Source: an uncultured Chloroflexia bacterium (lineage in GTDB: Bacteria; Chloroflexota; Chloroflexia; Thermomicrobiales; CFX8). Taken from it: a DNA stretch of 64,000 nucleotides. Positions within the stretch are counted from its first letter, which is position 1; each line of letters opens with the position of its first letter. The DNA is taken from contig CAVPYN010000017.1 in NCBI GenBank assembly GCA_963709995.1, positions 197,509 to 261,508 of the forward strand, given 5' to 3'. The position numbers and the translations under genes were made by a program. The notes below the pieces were generated by a model. It was not told where the DNA came from. It ran no database searches and worked only from the letters and a program-made list of their open reading frames with translations. Below are positions 48,207 to 57,720 of the stretch, one piece after another.

Positions 48207-50033
48207 TTGCAGTTTCGAAAGCGTCCCGAAGACGACCCACAAAGCGACGATTACGCTCGTCTCTTAAGCGACGCGACCAGTCGCCGGATGAACCGTCGAC
48301 AACTGCTGCATCGGGGGCTTGCGCTCGGGCTATCCGTGCCTGCGCTTGCAGCCATCCTGGCAGCCTGTGGCGGCGATGACGATGACGACGACGATAGTGG
48401 CGGCGACTCCGGCAGCGCCGATCAGACAGCCACATCTTCCGACGGCGGCGGGGGTGACGACGCAACCGCGACGAGCGGCGACGGTGGCGGCAGCGGCGAC
48501 GAGACGCCTATTAATGGCGGCACGCTGACGATCATCCAGACCGGTAGCATCCCGGATCTTGATCCACAGTCGGCTTACGACTCGGACGCCAGCGCGCTCT
48601 TCTTTGGCGCTTATGAAATGCTGCTGCGGCTGAAGGGCAGCGACACCTTCGAATACGAGCCGATGCTCGCCGATTCCTGGGAATCGAACGAGGATCAGAC
48701 CGAGTGGAGCTTCACGATCGCCGATGGGATCAAGTTCCAGGACGGCACCGATTGCGATGCCCCAGCCGTCGTCAAATCGTTCCAGCGATTCCTGGAAATG
48801 GGCCTCGGCCCGGTCAACGTGATTTCGCGCTTCGTCGCCAGCTCCGACGACATCACCGCTCCGGACGCGAACACGATCACCTTCAAACTCATCTACGGCA
48901 CCGATATCTTCCTTGCGGCCATGGCGTCGCAGTATGGCCCGCTCGTCGTGTCGCCAGCTGCCGTCGAAGAGCACGCAACCGCAGATGACCCCTACGCGCA
49001 CGAATGGTTCCGCGAGAACATGGTGGGCACCGGTCCCTATATGCTCGAAGAACATCAGCTTGGCGATTTTGCGCGGCTCGTCCGTTTCGAGGATTACCAC
49101 GGCGGATGGGAAGGCAACCACTTCGACGAGATCGTATTCCGAAACGTCGAAGAATCGACCACTCGTCGCCAGCTCATGGAGTCTGGCGAAGCAGATGCGC
49201 TGACCCAGACCTTGACGCCCGAGGACGTGGTGCAGATGGAGCAGGAAGGCGCGTTGACGGTCTTGCGCTACGATACGACTAACGCCGACTGGGTACTGTT
49301 CAACTACGAGCGCTTGCCGGATCCAAAGGTTCGCGAAGCATTTGCCTGGGCGTTCCCATACGACGACGTGCGTAATGAGGTCTTCCAAGGATTGATCGTG
49401 CCGTCGAGCGGTGCGATCACACCAACGACACGCGGGTATCCCACGGACGGATTCATCTTCACGACCGATCTCGAAATGGCCAAGAGCCTTCTGGATGAGG
49501 CCGGATTTGACTACAGCGAAGAGATCGAGTTCATCATCTCCTCCGGCAGCGCGCTCACTCAGGCCGTGGCCGAGTTGTACCAGGCGACCCTTTCCGAGAT
49601 CAGCGTTAACATGAAGATCACCGAACTGGAAGAAGGTCAGTTTACCGACCTCATGTATGGCGAGGCGCCACCCAGCGAACGTCCACACCTGGCGGACTGG
49701 GGATGGTGGCCGGACTACAACGACGCATGGAACGAGATCTACCCGAATTTCGCGACGGCATCCCTCGCTCCGAACGGCTCGAATGCTCTCGGATACAGCA
49801 ATGAGACGGTCGACGAGCTGCTCGACAAGAGCTCGACGATGGGAGCGGGCGAGGAATACGATCAGACGATTGCCGAGATCAACCAGATCATGGTTGTCGA
49901 AGATCCAGCTGCTGCGTTCTACGGATCGGTGCAGTGGTACACGGTCCTCGATCCGTCCATTCGCGGGTTCGTTTACAACCCGATCTACATCAACACCTAC
50001 AATGTCTACGACATGTATCGCGTCGAGATGTAG
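48207..50033 (+). CDS. ABC transporter substrate-binding lipoprotein, family 5, divergent paralog
   Basis: NRRQLLHRGLALG, lipobox ILAACGG and a poly-Asp linker. Long collinear identity blocks with 46080..47891 (AYEMLLRLKGS.TFEYEPMLADSWESNED). The start is tentative: TTG 48207, 4 nt after AAGGAGG. The ORF is open from 48096. Confidence 0.85.
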   Translation: MQFRKRPEDDPQSDDYARLLSDATSRRMNRRQLLHRGLALGLSVPALAAILAACGGDDDDDDDSGGDSGSADQTATSSDGGGGDDATATSGDGGGSGDETPINGGTLTIIQTGSIPDLDPQSAYDSDASALFFGAYEMLLRLKGSDTFEYEPMLADSWESNEDQTEWSFTIADGIKFQDGTDCDAPAVVKSFQRFLEMGLGPVNVISRFVASSDDITAPDANTITFKLIYGTDIFLAAMASQYGPLVVSPAAVEEHATADDPYAHEWFRENMVGTGPYMLEEHQLGDFARLVRFEDYHGGWEGNHFDEIVFRNVEESTTRRQLMESGEADALTQTLTPEDVVQMEQEGALTVLRYDTTNADWVLFNYERLPDPKVREAFAWAFPYDDVRNEVFQGLIVPSSGAITPTTRGYPTDGFIFTTDLEMAKSLLDEAGFDYSEEIEFIISSGSALTQAVAELYQATLSEISVNMKITELEEGQFTDLMYGEAPPSERPHLADWGWWPDYNDAWNEIYPNFATASLAPNGSNALGYSNETVDELLDKSSTMGAGEEYDQTIAEINQIMVVEDPAAAFYGSVQWYTVLDPSIRGFVYNPIYINTYNVYDMYRVEM

Positions 50034-50071
50034 GGGCACGCTTCTAGCCACCGGTCGAACCTGGCAATAGA

Positions 50072-50106
50072 GATGGATGGCATCGCTAGCGATGCCATCC
50101 ATTTTT
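50072..50106 (+). terminator. rho-independent terminator (perfect 30-nt palindrome plus T-tract)
   Basis: ATGGATGGCATCGC-TA-GCGATGCCATCCAT followed by TTTTT, 40 nt after the SBP stop. Confidence 0.75.
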
Positions 50107-50403
50107 GCTTACGGCTACAACGCGTCGCGTGGAAGCATCACGAGCCTCGCGAGCAAACGAGGAGAAGCGTCACTCCAGGTGGAGGCACAGCGAAACGAGC
50201 GCTCCCAATCTCAAACCTGAGTGAACGCGACATGGGACAATGTTCTTGCCAGTGCCGGGCCTCTGGACATGATCGTTTGGAATGCGCTCCGCCCGGCAGA
50301 GATTGGGCCAGCTTAGAGGGTATCTGTAAAGCTGGGGAGTTTGTCCAACCCTTCCCTTTGAAGTTGGCCGATCTCAAATTCTTGACTCAACTGGCTCAGG
50401 GAC

Positions 50404-50658
50404 GTGCCTCCGATGGACCCAAGAACAAATATTACCTTGCGCAACGCGCTGGTCGGGATTGTTGTCGGCAGCGGACTCGGCATCGTGTTCGCGGTTATGT
50501 CTGGCAGCACAGCATTCATCGGCTTTGGCCCAGCTGTCGGCGTCGCAACAGCGCTTTCACTGGCCAATCCTCCACAGCGTCTCCTGCACGTCGTGCTTGC
50601 CGTCAGCATTACCACTCTGGTCGCGCTCTCAATCATCTATTACTTCTTCTTCCGATAG
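50404..50658 (+). CDS. small hydrophobic protein (two or three TM segments)
   Basis: ORF 84 aa; an alternative ATG lies at 50413. Only the hydrophobicity pattern supports it. Confidence 0.4.
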   Translation: MPPMDPRTNITLRNALVGIVVGSGLGIVFAVMSGSTAFIGFGPAVGVATALSLANPPQRLLHVVLAVSITTLVALSIIYYFFFR

Positions 50659-50836
50659 TCCTCTGCCATGCTGCTTTACTCCCTTCGCAGATCGGACAGG
50701 TTCCTCCGATCGAAGGTACCGTCGTTCTATCTGGCTAAGAGCCCTTGAAAGACAAAAGTGCTGTGAGTAGCCGGCCAGCGACCCGGCTTGTTCCTCAGAA
50801 TCGAGTATCTGATCGCAACACCGAAATTCTGATGAC

Positions 50837-52321
50837 CTAACCCTGGGCACCCGCGTCTGTCGGCAGGACTACCTCCGGCGCTGGGGTCTCATTCAACGTT
50901 CCCGACCGGCTCGCGATCTCCACACCGCCGAAAGCTTCCACGAGCGCGGCCTGATCCCGCTTGGCCTCTGCATCGATGGCTTCTGGATCGAGAATCAACC
51001 GCAGTTCGCGTTCAAATTCAGTGACCGTCGCTCGATATGCATCCTCCCGCGCTAGATTGTCCAGTTCGTCGGGATCAGTCTCGAGGTCGAAGAGCTCAGG
51101 CTCGAAGCCAACATAGTAGATGAACTTGTAGCGGCCGCGGCGCAGCATGTAGGCAGCTGAAGCTGCGCCGTAGGCGTGGTATTCAGCGAACATCAGGCGC
51201 TCGAGATCGTCTTCTGCCGCGACAATATCGAAGATCGACGTTCCCGGGAGAATCTGCCTCTCGTCTGGACTCAATTCCTCCCCTACCGCGTCGAGAATCG
51301 TTGGATAGAGATCGACCAGCGAGATCGGCGTTTCGCAGACCCGACCAGCTGGCACCTCCGGACCAGCAACGATGAACGGGATGGCGACGCTGTCCTCGTA
51401 GTGCAAGGCTTTGCCCCAGTGGCCACGCGAACCAACGAGATCGCCGTGGTCGCTCGTGTAGATAACGCGGGTGTTCGCGCCCATCCCTGACTCTTCAAGC
51501 CCTTCGACGATCCGTCCAACATTGTGATCGACGAAGGTGCAGAGGCCGAAGTATGCCGCCATAGCTGCACGGCGCTCATGCTCGGTGTTCTGGTCGACGC
51601 CCGGTCGAACATTCATAAACGCTTCGACCCACGGGTGCCGAACATAGCCATCTTCAGGATGACCAACCGGGCGCGGCAAAGCATCCAGCGGATAGAGGTT
51701 AAAGAATTCCTCTGGGACAACATAGGGAAAGTGTGGCGCTACGAGTCCGACGAAGAGCACCCAGGGGCAGCTGTCCTCATCTCCAGCTCGTCGTCGCAGC
51801 CATGCCGTCGTCTCTGCAGTGACGGCGAGATCGTAGCGGTTGTACTTAGACAACCCAGCACCAGCCTCGCCGACCATCTGCTCTCCTCCATCGCGAACAG
51901 GCAGGGGATCGCGCACCGACCCCCAAATCTGGCCAACGCCATCGAGAATGTGCATCGGAATCGTCTGGCGGTCGAAACCGGTGTCGACGGTCTCGTTGCG
52001 AAAATGCAACTTCCCGATGCTCTCGACTGGCATTCCGCGCTGCCGAAGGGCATGCCCCCACCCGGGCACGCGACCGTCGTAGGCCGTCGCGTTGTCCCAA
52101 TACTTGATCTGGTGGACATAACGGCCCGTCATCATGCTGGCCCGCCCCGGCACACAGAGCGGCGAGTTGCAGTAGGCGGACGAGAATCTCACGCCCCGGG
52201 CTGCGAGGGCGTCGATGTGCGGCGTCTGCACCAGCGGATGACCGCTGCAACCCATCATCCTCGGGTTGTGCTGATCTGACATGATGACGAGTAGATTCCT
52301 GGATTCCACAGCTGCCTCCAC
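50837..52321 (-). CDS. sulfatase family protein (formylglycine-dependent, choline/aryl-sulfatase-like)
   Basis: SPLCVPGRASMMTGRY (CxPxR FGly motif), MSDQHN and YTSDHGD. Confidence 0.85.
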   Translation of the reverse strand: MEAAVESRNLLVIMSDQHNPRMMGCSGHPLVQTPHIDALAARGVRFSSAYCNSPLCVPGRASMMTGRYVHQIKYWDNATAYDGRVPGWGHALRQRGMPVESIGKLHFRNETVDTGFDRQTIPMHILDGVGQIWGSVRDPLPVRDGGEQMVGEAGAGLSKYNRYDLAVTAETTAWLRRRAGDEDSCPWVLFVGLVAPHFPYVVPEEFFNLYPLDALPRPVGHPEDGYVRHPWVEAFMNVRPGVDQNTEHERRAAMAAYFGLCTFVDHNVGRIVEGLEESGMGANTRVIYTSDHGDLVGSRGHWGKALHYEDSVAIPFIVAGPEVPAGRVCETPISLVDLYPTILDAVGEELSPDERQILPGTSIFDIVAAEDDLERLMFAEYHAYGAASAAYMLRRGRYKFIYYVGFEPELFDLETDPDELDNLAREDAYRATVTEFERELRLILDPEAIDAEAKRDQAALVEAFGGVEIASRSGTLNETPAPEVVLPTDAGAQG

Positions 52322-52533
52322 ATGTATTCCCCATACAGCGAGTCCCCTGATCGACGGCCTATTCTAGTGGCGCGCTCAGATCGGTGCGGCCATACGAATC
52401 GATCCCGGCAACACTATATGCAACAAAGACGGATCGAGAGGGCGTTTCGATCGACACTCAACCGCGCACCAAAAAGTACCCGGAGCGTCCGGCTACACTA
52501 GTTGGCGAACGTATGACGAACGGGAGAACGCAT

Positions 52534-53814
52534 ATGACAGCCTATGAGACGATCTTTTCGATGGAAACTTCCAGCATCAAGTATGGGCCGGGCGCGACAC
52601 GAGAGGTCGGCTTTGAGATGGGAAGGCTCGGCGCGCGGCGCGTCCTGATCGTGACCGACGCGAACCTGGCCAGCAGCGCGCCGGTCGAGACAACCATCGC
52701 AGCCCTGCGCGAGGCCGGCATCGAGGCCGAGGTTTTCGACCATAGCCGCGTCGAACCCACCGATGAGTCATTCAATGACGCGATCGAGGTCGCGACGGCT
52801 GGCGAGTTCGACGGCTACGTGGCGGTCGGCGGAGGCTCGGCCATGGATACCGCAAAGGCCGCTAATCTCTACGCAACCTATCCCGCCGATCTTCTGACCT
52901 ACGTGAACCCGCCCATCGGCGAAGGTACACCAGTGCCCGGACCACTTAAGCCGATGATCGCAATTCCGACCACGGCCGGGACGGGCAGCGAGACGACGGG
53001 CGTCGCGATATTCGACTATCTCGCGCTGCATGCCAAGACGGGCATTGCCCACCGCGCACTACGGCCGGCGATGGGAATCATCGATCCAGAGAATACGCGC
53101 AGCCTGCCGCCAATGGTCGCGGCCTGCTCAGGCTTCGACGTCCTCTGTCACGCCATCGAGTCAATCACCGCCATTCCCTACAACAGCCGTGAAGCATCGG
53201 AAAGCCCGGAACTGCGGCCCTCATATCAGGGCTCGAATCCGATCAGTGACATCTGGGCCGCCCAGGCCCTGCGGATGATGTCGCAAAACATCCTGCGGGC
53301 CGTTGAAGAGCCGGAAGACGGTGAAGCGCGCAGTCAGATGCTACTCGCAGCAACCTATGCAGGTATCGGCTTTGGAAACGCGGGCTGCCATCTGCCGCAT
53401 GGAATGTCCTATCCGGTCTCCGGTATGGTGAGGGATTTCCGGCCAGAAGGCTACGAGGTGGATCATCCGATCATTCCCCACGGCATGTCGGTCATCCTGA
53501 ACGCGCCATCAGTTTTCCGATGGACCGCGGAAGCCAACCCAAAGAAGCATCTCTACGCCGCCGAGCTCATGGGAGCCAGCGTTTCCGACGCCTCCGAAGA
53601 GGATGCTGGCGAGATCCTGGCAGCTGCGATCATCGACCTGATGCGGAAAGTGGGGATGCCCAACGGCCTTGCGGCGGTCGGGTTCGAATCCGACGACATC
53701 CCGGCTCTCGTGGAAGGAACGATCCCCCAGCACCGGGTGACCAAACTTTCCCCGCGACCGGCGACACCGGACGACTTGCAAACGCTATTCGCTGGCGCCA
53801 TGCGCTACTGGTAG
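52534..53814 (+). CDS. iron-containing alcohol dehydrogenase family (hydroxyacid-oxoacid transhydrogenase-like)
   Basis: GGGSAMDTAKA and histidine metal ligands (HAIES, HLPHGMS). ATG 52534 is preceded by GGGAGA. Confidence 0.85.
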   Translation: MTAYETIFSMETSSIKYGPGATREVGFEMGRLGARRVLIVTDANLASSAPVETTIAALREAGIEAEVFDHSRVEPTDESFNDAIEVATAGEFDGYVAVGGGSAMDTAKAANLYATYPADLLTYVNPPIGEGTPVPGPLKPMIAIPTTAGTGSETTGVAIFDYLALHAKTGIAHRALRPAMGIIDPENTRSLPPMVAACSGFDVLCHAIESITAIPYNSREASESPELRPSYQGSNPISDIWAAQALRMMSQNILRAVEEPEDGEARSQMLLAATYAGIGFGNAGCHLPHGMSYPVSGMVRDFRPEGYEVDHPIIPHGMSVILNAPSVFRWTAEANPKKHLYAAELMGASVSDASEEDAGEILAAAIIDLMRKVGMPNGLAAVGFESDDIPALVEGTIPQHRVTKLSPRPATPDDLQTLFAGAMRYW

Positions 53815-53827
53815 GGCGGTATCACTA

Positions 53828-55744
53828 GTGACCTCGGAAATCAGGCTGCAAATCGACCTCCGTGAACCCTTCGCGGCAGGCGCCCCGTTTGGAGATACGG
53901 GACCCTACGAACGCATAGTTGGGAAGGCGCACTTCGCCATCGATCCGGATGCGCCGGAGAACCGGCAAATCGTCGACCTGGAGCTGGCTCCACGCAATGC
54001 AGACGGGTATGTCGAGTACACAACCGACATCTACATTCTGCGTCCCATGAACCTTGCGCGCAGCAACGGCAGGTTGATGTACGATGTCAACAACCGCGGC
54101 AACAAGCGGTTGCTTCAATTTCTCAACGACGCGAAGCACAGCAACAATCCCTCGGCGATCGAGCATGCCGGAAACGGCTACTTGATGCGGTGTGGCTACA
54201 CGATCGTCTGGTCCGGCTGGCAGGGAGATCTCCTGGCTGGCGACGGCCGGCTGACCATGGACCTGCCAGTGCCCATTCGCGACGGGCAGCCGGTTGCCGG
54301 CGTCACACGATGCGAGTTCGTCGCCAACGAGCCCGGCATCCGCACAATTCCATTGAGTGCAAACGACTACACTCGTAGCTACCTGGCCGCGTCCCTTGAT
54401 CAGTCCGGCGCGCGGCTGACGATGCGTGAGTACCAGCAGGACTCGCGCATCGAAATAGCGGCCAGCGAGTGGATGTTCGCAACCACTCGCCCGGACGGGG
54501 AACCGGCTCCGTCAACCGGGCATCTCTACTACCCGGCAGCCTTCCGACCCGGCTGGATCTACGAGCTCGTTTACAACGCGATCAACCCGCGAATCATGGG
54601 GCTTGGATTCACCGGAGTGCGGGACCTCATCTCGTTCCTGTTGCATCAAGAAGCCGACAATGCCGGGCAGCCGAACCCCCTGCGCGACAAGGATTCCGGC
54701 ATCGAGCTGGCCTATGCCTGGGGCCGTTCCCAGAGCGGGCGCTTCCTGCGCGACTTTGTCTATCAAGGCTTCAACGAGGATGCCAGCGGTCGTCAGGTGT
54801 TCGCAGGCATTTCGCCGCACGTGTCCGGCGCCGGTCGCGTCTTTCTCAACTATCGCTTCGCGCAACCAGGACGATTTCCCCGCCAGCACAACGACCATCT
54901 TTACCCATCGGACCAGTTCCCGTTTGCCTATCACAAGACGACCGATAACCTGACCGGCAACACCGACGGAATTCTCAAGCGTCCAGACACCGACCCGGTT
55001 GTCATCCATACGCAGACCTCTTCGGAGTACTGGGATCGCCGGGGATCGCTGGTCCATACCGACACCGATGGCAACGACCTCCCGGAGCATAGGCGCGCCA
55101 GGGTCTATTTGTTTGCAGGCTCGCAGCACAACGCCGACCCACTCCTCGGTTCACCGGAGACCTACGTTGAGTCGAGATCAACTGGCGATGTGCCGGACGG
55201 GCAACCGGCCTATCCGACAAACCCGCTGAACACATCGGGCCTGCTTCGAGCTGTCATCGACCTGCTCGATGCCTGGGTGACAGACGGAACCCCGCCGCCA
55301 TCGAGTCGGGTCCCGCGGCGGGAAGATGGGTCAGCGGCCAGCGCGGCTACTGCTCAGCAAGCGTTTCCGGCGATCCCCGGCGCGCGCCACCCCAACGAAC
55401 TATGCAGGTTGCATGTCCAGGACTTCGGAAACCAATTTGAGCGAGGGGTAATCTCCATAGAGCCCCCCGAAGTTGATCTCAGCAGGGAATATCCAGTGTA
55501 TGTCCCGGCGATCGATGCCGATGGCAACGAGATTCCTGGTATCCGGACTCCTCACGTCAGCATTCCGCTGGCAACCTACACCGGCTGGAACTTCCGCCCT
55601 GACGGATCGTCTGGAGACGCGCTGATGGGCACGGTCGGCAGCTACTTCCGGCTACCAGGGACCATCGATGAGCGTCTCGCCTCCAGGATTCTCGCTCCTC
55701 GATCGTTGAGCGTTATGCGAACAACGATGATTACGTCCGGATGA
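53828..55744 (+). CDS. large conserved hypothetical (hydrolase-like) protein; the C-terminal ~55 aa continue in another frame to 55851
   Basis: The N-terminus (PFGDTGPYERIVGKAHFAIDPDAP...NNRGNKRLLQFLNDA) resembles a conserved family often annotated alpha/beta-hydrolase-domain protein (from memory). After about 55686 a second frame reads DSRSSIVERYANNDDYVRMIADAANELVDQGFLLEEDAERYVSAAERGVRELDQ*. Confidence 0.7.
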   Translation: MTSEIRLQIDLREPFAAGAPFGDTGPYERIVGKAHFAIDPDAPENRQIVDLELAPRNADGYVEYTTDIYILRPMNLARSNGRLMYDVNNRGNKRLLQFLNDAKHSNNPSAIEHAGNGYLMRCGYTIVWSGWQGDLLAGDGRLTMDLPVPIRDGQPVAGVTRCEFVANEPGIRTIPLSANDYTRSYLAASLDQSGARLTMREYQQDSRIEIAASEWMFATTRPDGEPAPSTGHLYYPAAFRPGWIYELVYNAINPRIMGLGFTGVRDLISFLLHQEADNAGQPNPLRDKDSGIELAYAWGRSQSGRFLRDFVYQGFNEDASGRQVFAGISPHVSGAGRVFLNYRFAQPGRFPRQHNDHLYPSDQFPFAYHKTTDNLTGNTDGILKRPDTDPVVIHTQTSSEYWDRRGSLVHTDTDGNDLPEHRRARVYLFAGSQHNADPLLGSPETYVESRSTGDVPDGQPAYPTNPLNTSGLLRAVIDLLDAWVTDGTPPPSSRVPRREDGSAASAATAQQAFPAIPGARHPNELCRLHVQDFGNQFERGVISIEPPEVDLSREYPVYVPAIDADGNEIPGIRTPHVSIPLATYTGWNFRPDGSSGDALMGTVGSYFRLPGTIDERLASRILAPRSLSVMRTTMITSG

Positions 55745-55914
55745 TCGCAGACGCAGCCAATGAGCTCGTTGATCAGGGATTCCTGCTGGAGGAGGACGCC
55801 GAGCGATATGTGTCGGCCGCCGAGCGTGGAGTTCGCGAGCTCGACCAGTAGCCACACAACAAAACAGCGCCCGCAGTCGAGCGCCGTTTCGTCAACCAGA
55901 TGTGATCGAACTTC

Positions 55915-56337
55915 TCAGCCAGTTGGACGGAGAAGAATCACCGGAATCTCGCGATCTGTCTTCTCTTCGTACTCCGCGAACTGTGGGAATTCGCTCTCCT
56001 GCCTCTCCCAGACGCGATCCCGGTTCTCACCTTCGAGCACCTGAGCGGTCACCTCTTCGGTGTCCGTTCCAACCTCGATCGTAGTGCTGGGATTGGCGAC
56101 GAGGTTGTAATACCAGTCCGGATTGCTTGGCGCGCCGGCTTTGGATGCGAAGATGGCATATCCGTCGCCGACATCAAGATACATCAGGGGTGTCACGCGT
56201 TCGGTTCCGGTCTTTGCTCCGGTGTGATGCAGCAGAAGCAGCGGGAATCCCTCAAAAACCCCTCCGACCTTGCCATTGCTCTCTCTGAACTCAGCAACGA
56301 TCTGAGCGTTCCAGTCATTCGGTCCTGTGTTCGACAT
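55915..56337 (-). CDS. deazaflavin (F420)-dependent nitroreductase family protein (DDN/DUF385-like)
   Basis: NAQIVAEFRESNGKVGG.FEG.PLLLLHHTGAKTG..R..PLMY...GD.Y.IFASKAGAP.NPDWYYNL is the canonical family pattern. I chose the internal Met (MSNTGPN). Confidence 0.8.
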   Translation of the reverse strand: MSNTGPNDWNAQIVAEFRESNGKVGGVFEGFPLLLLHHTGAKTGTERVTPLMYLDVGDGYAIFASKAGAPSNPDWYYNLVANPSTTIEVGTDTEEVTAQVLEGENRDRVWERQESEFPQFAEYEEKTDREIPVILLRPTG

Positions 56338-56563
56338 CCGGGCCTCGCTTTCATTCTGTCGCATATTCCGAGTCGGACCATACACTTCATGATGCACACC
56401 TCACCAGTAGTTTCTTCCCGGGCGACGCTGGATCGGACGCGAATGTGCCCGAAATCAGCCCTCGCACGGCTACAGGGATATGGCGGCAGCGGCTTGCATG
56501 CTCGCTTTAATCGACGAGCGGCGATGGATAATGTTCACGTAACGCAACCTTCAAGGATCAACG

Positions 56564-57694
56564 ATGGCGAAAGACGCGAGCAGGCCTTTCAACTCAACCA
56601 TCAGAAGAGCGCTTCCCACGTACTACGCGCTGCTCTTCGCGATCCTTACCGTCTTTGGGATCATGATCCTGATTCGTTTGCGGCATGTCTTACTGATTCT
56701 CTTCATCAGCGTTCTCTTCGCTGCGGCGCTAGCGCAACCAGCAGAGTTCCTGACTCGATTCCGAATCCCGCGAGCCGTGGCGGTCGTGCTCCTGTATGTC
56801 GCCGTTGGCGCGCTCCTGGCCCTGGTTGGCTGGCTCGTTGTCTTTCCAGTGCTTTCTGAAATTAGCAGCCTCAGCAACGAATTGCCGGACTATGCCGACC
56901 GTCTCGAAGGCGCGCGCAGGGCATATATGGAATTGAGCGACCAGTACCCCCAGCTGGAATCGTTCGACGAGCAATTCAGCAACGCCGGTCAGCGAATCTC
57001 CGAGCAGGTTGGGCAGAAGCTGATTGGACTGCCTCTGACCGTAGCCCAACTGGCGTTCGATGGACTAAGCGTCTTCTTCATCTCGATACTTCTCGTGACC
57101 AACCGCGAACGCATGCGCGATCTCGCCCTGTTGCTGGTTCATCCAGATGATCGCGACCAGTGGGAGGATGTGCTGACAAAGATCTGGACCCGCCTCGGGT
57201 ACTATCTACGCGCAAAGATCATTGTGATGACGATCGTCGGCATCCTGATGTGCGCAGGCTTGCTTTTCCTTGGGGTCCGATTTCCATTTCTGCTGGCGAT
57301 CATCGTCGCGGCGGTCCAGATCATCCCGCGCATTGGTCCCTGGATTGGACGCGTGCCGCTCGTTGGTATCGCGGCGCTCGACGGCGTTGAGATGGTCATC
57401 TACTTGATGTTGCTCTCTGTGCTGATCGAAAATCTCAAAGGCTATCTGATCGCTCCGCTCATCGAGGCCGATCAGCTCGACACTCACCCGCTGTCGGTCT
57501 TCATTTCGGTGCTGGCCGGTGGGGCGCTTCTCGGCATCCCGGGCGCGTTCATCGCCGTCCCGGCAGTCGCGGCACTCCAGGTGGTCTTCGAAGAGGTCAT
57601 TTTGCCCTGGCGCATTGCTCAGTACGAGAATGAGGAAACGCCAGGGCATCCATGCGAAGCTAACTCACCGGCAGATAGCGTCACCGGCTCGTAG
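56564..57694 (+). CDS. AI-2E family transporter (PerM/UPF0118)
   Basis: 376 aa with about 8 TM segments and the conserved IPRIGPWIG and GIPGAFIAVP regions. Confidence 0.85.
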   Translation: MAKDASRPFNSTIRRALPTYYALLFAILTVFGIMILIRLRHVLLILFISVLFAAALAQPAEFLTRFRIPRAVAVVLLYVAVGALLALVGWLVVFPVLSEISSLSNELPDYADRLEGARRAYMELSDQYPQLESFDEQFSNAGQRISEQVGQKLIGLPLTVAQLAFDGLSVFFISILLVTNRERMRDLALLLVHPDDRDQWEDVLTKIWTRLGYYLRAKIIVMTIVGILMCAGLLFLGVRFPFLLAIIVAAVQIIPRIGPWIGRVPLVGIAALDGVEMVIYLMLLSVLIENLKGYLIAPLIEADQLDTHPLSVFISVLAGGALLGIPGAFIAVPAVAALQVVFEEVILPWRIAQYENEETPGHPCEANSPADSVTGS

Positions 57695-57720
57695 GAGAGA
57701 CCGTGATAGCGGAATCCGGG

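Noticed and set aside
48330-50102. 590-aa ORF on the minus strand
   Set aside because: It is fully antisense to the well-supported family-5 SBP gene. The Arg/Gly/Val-rich composition has no recognisable motifs. This is the typical shadow ORF of GC-rich DNA.
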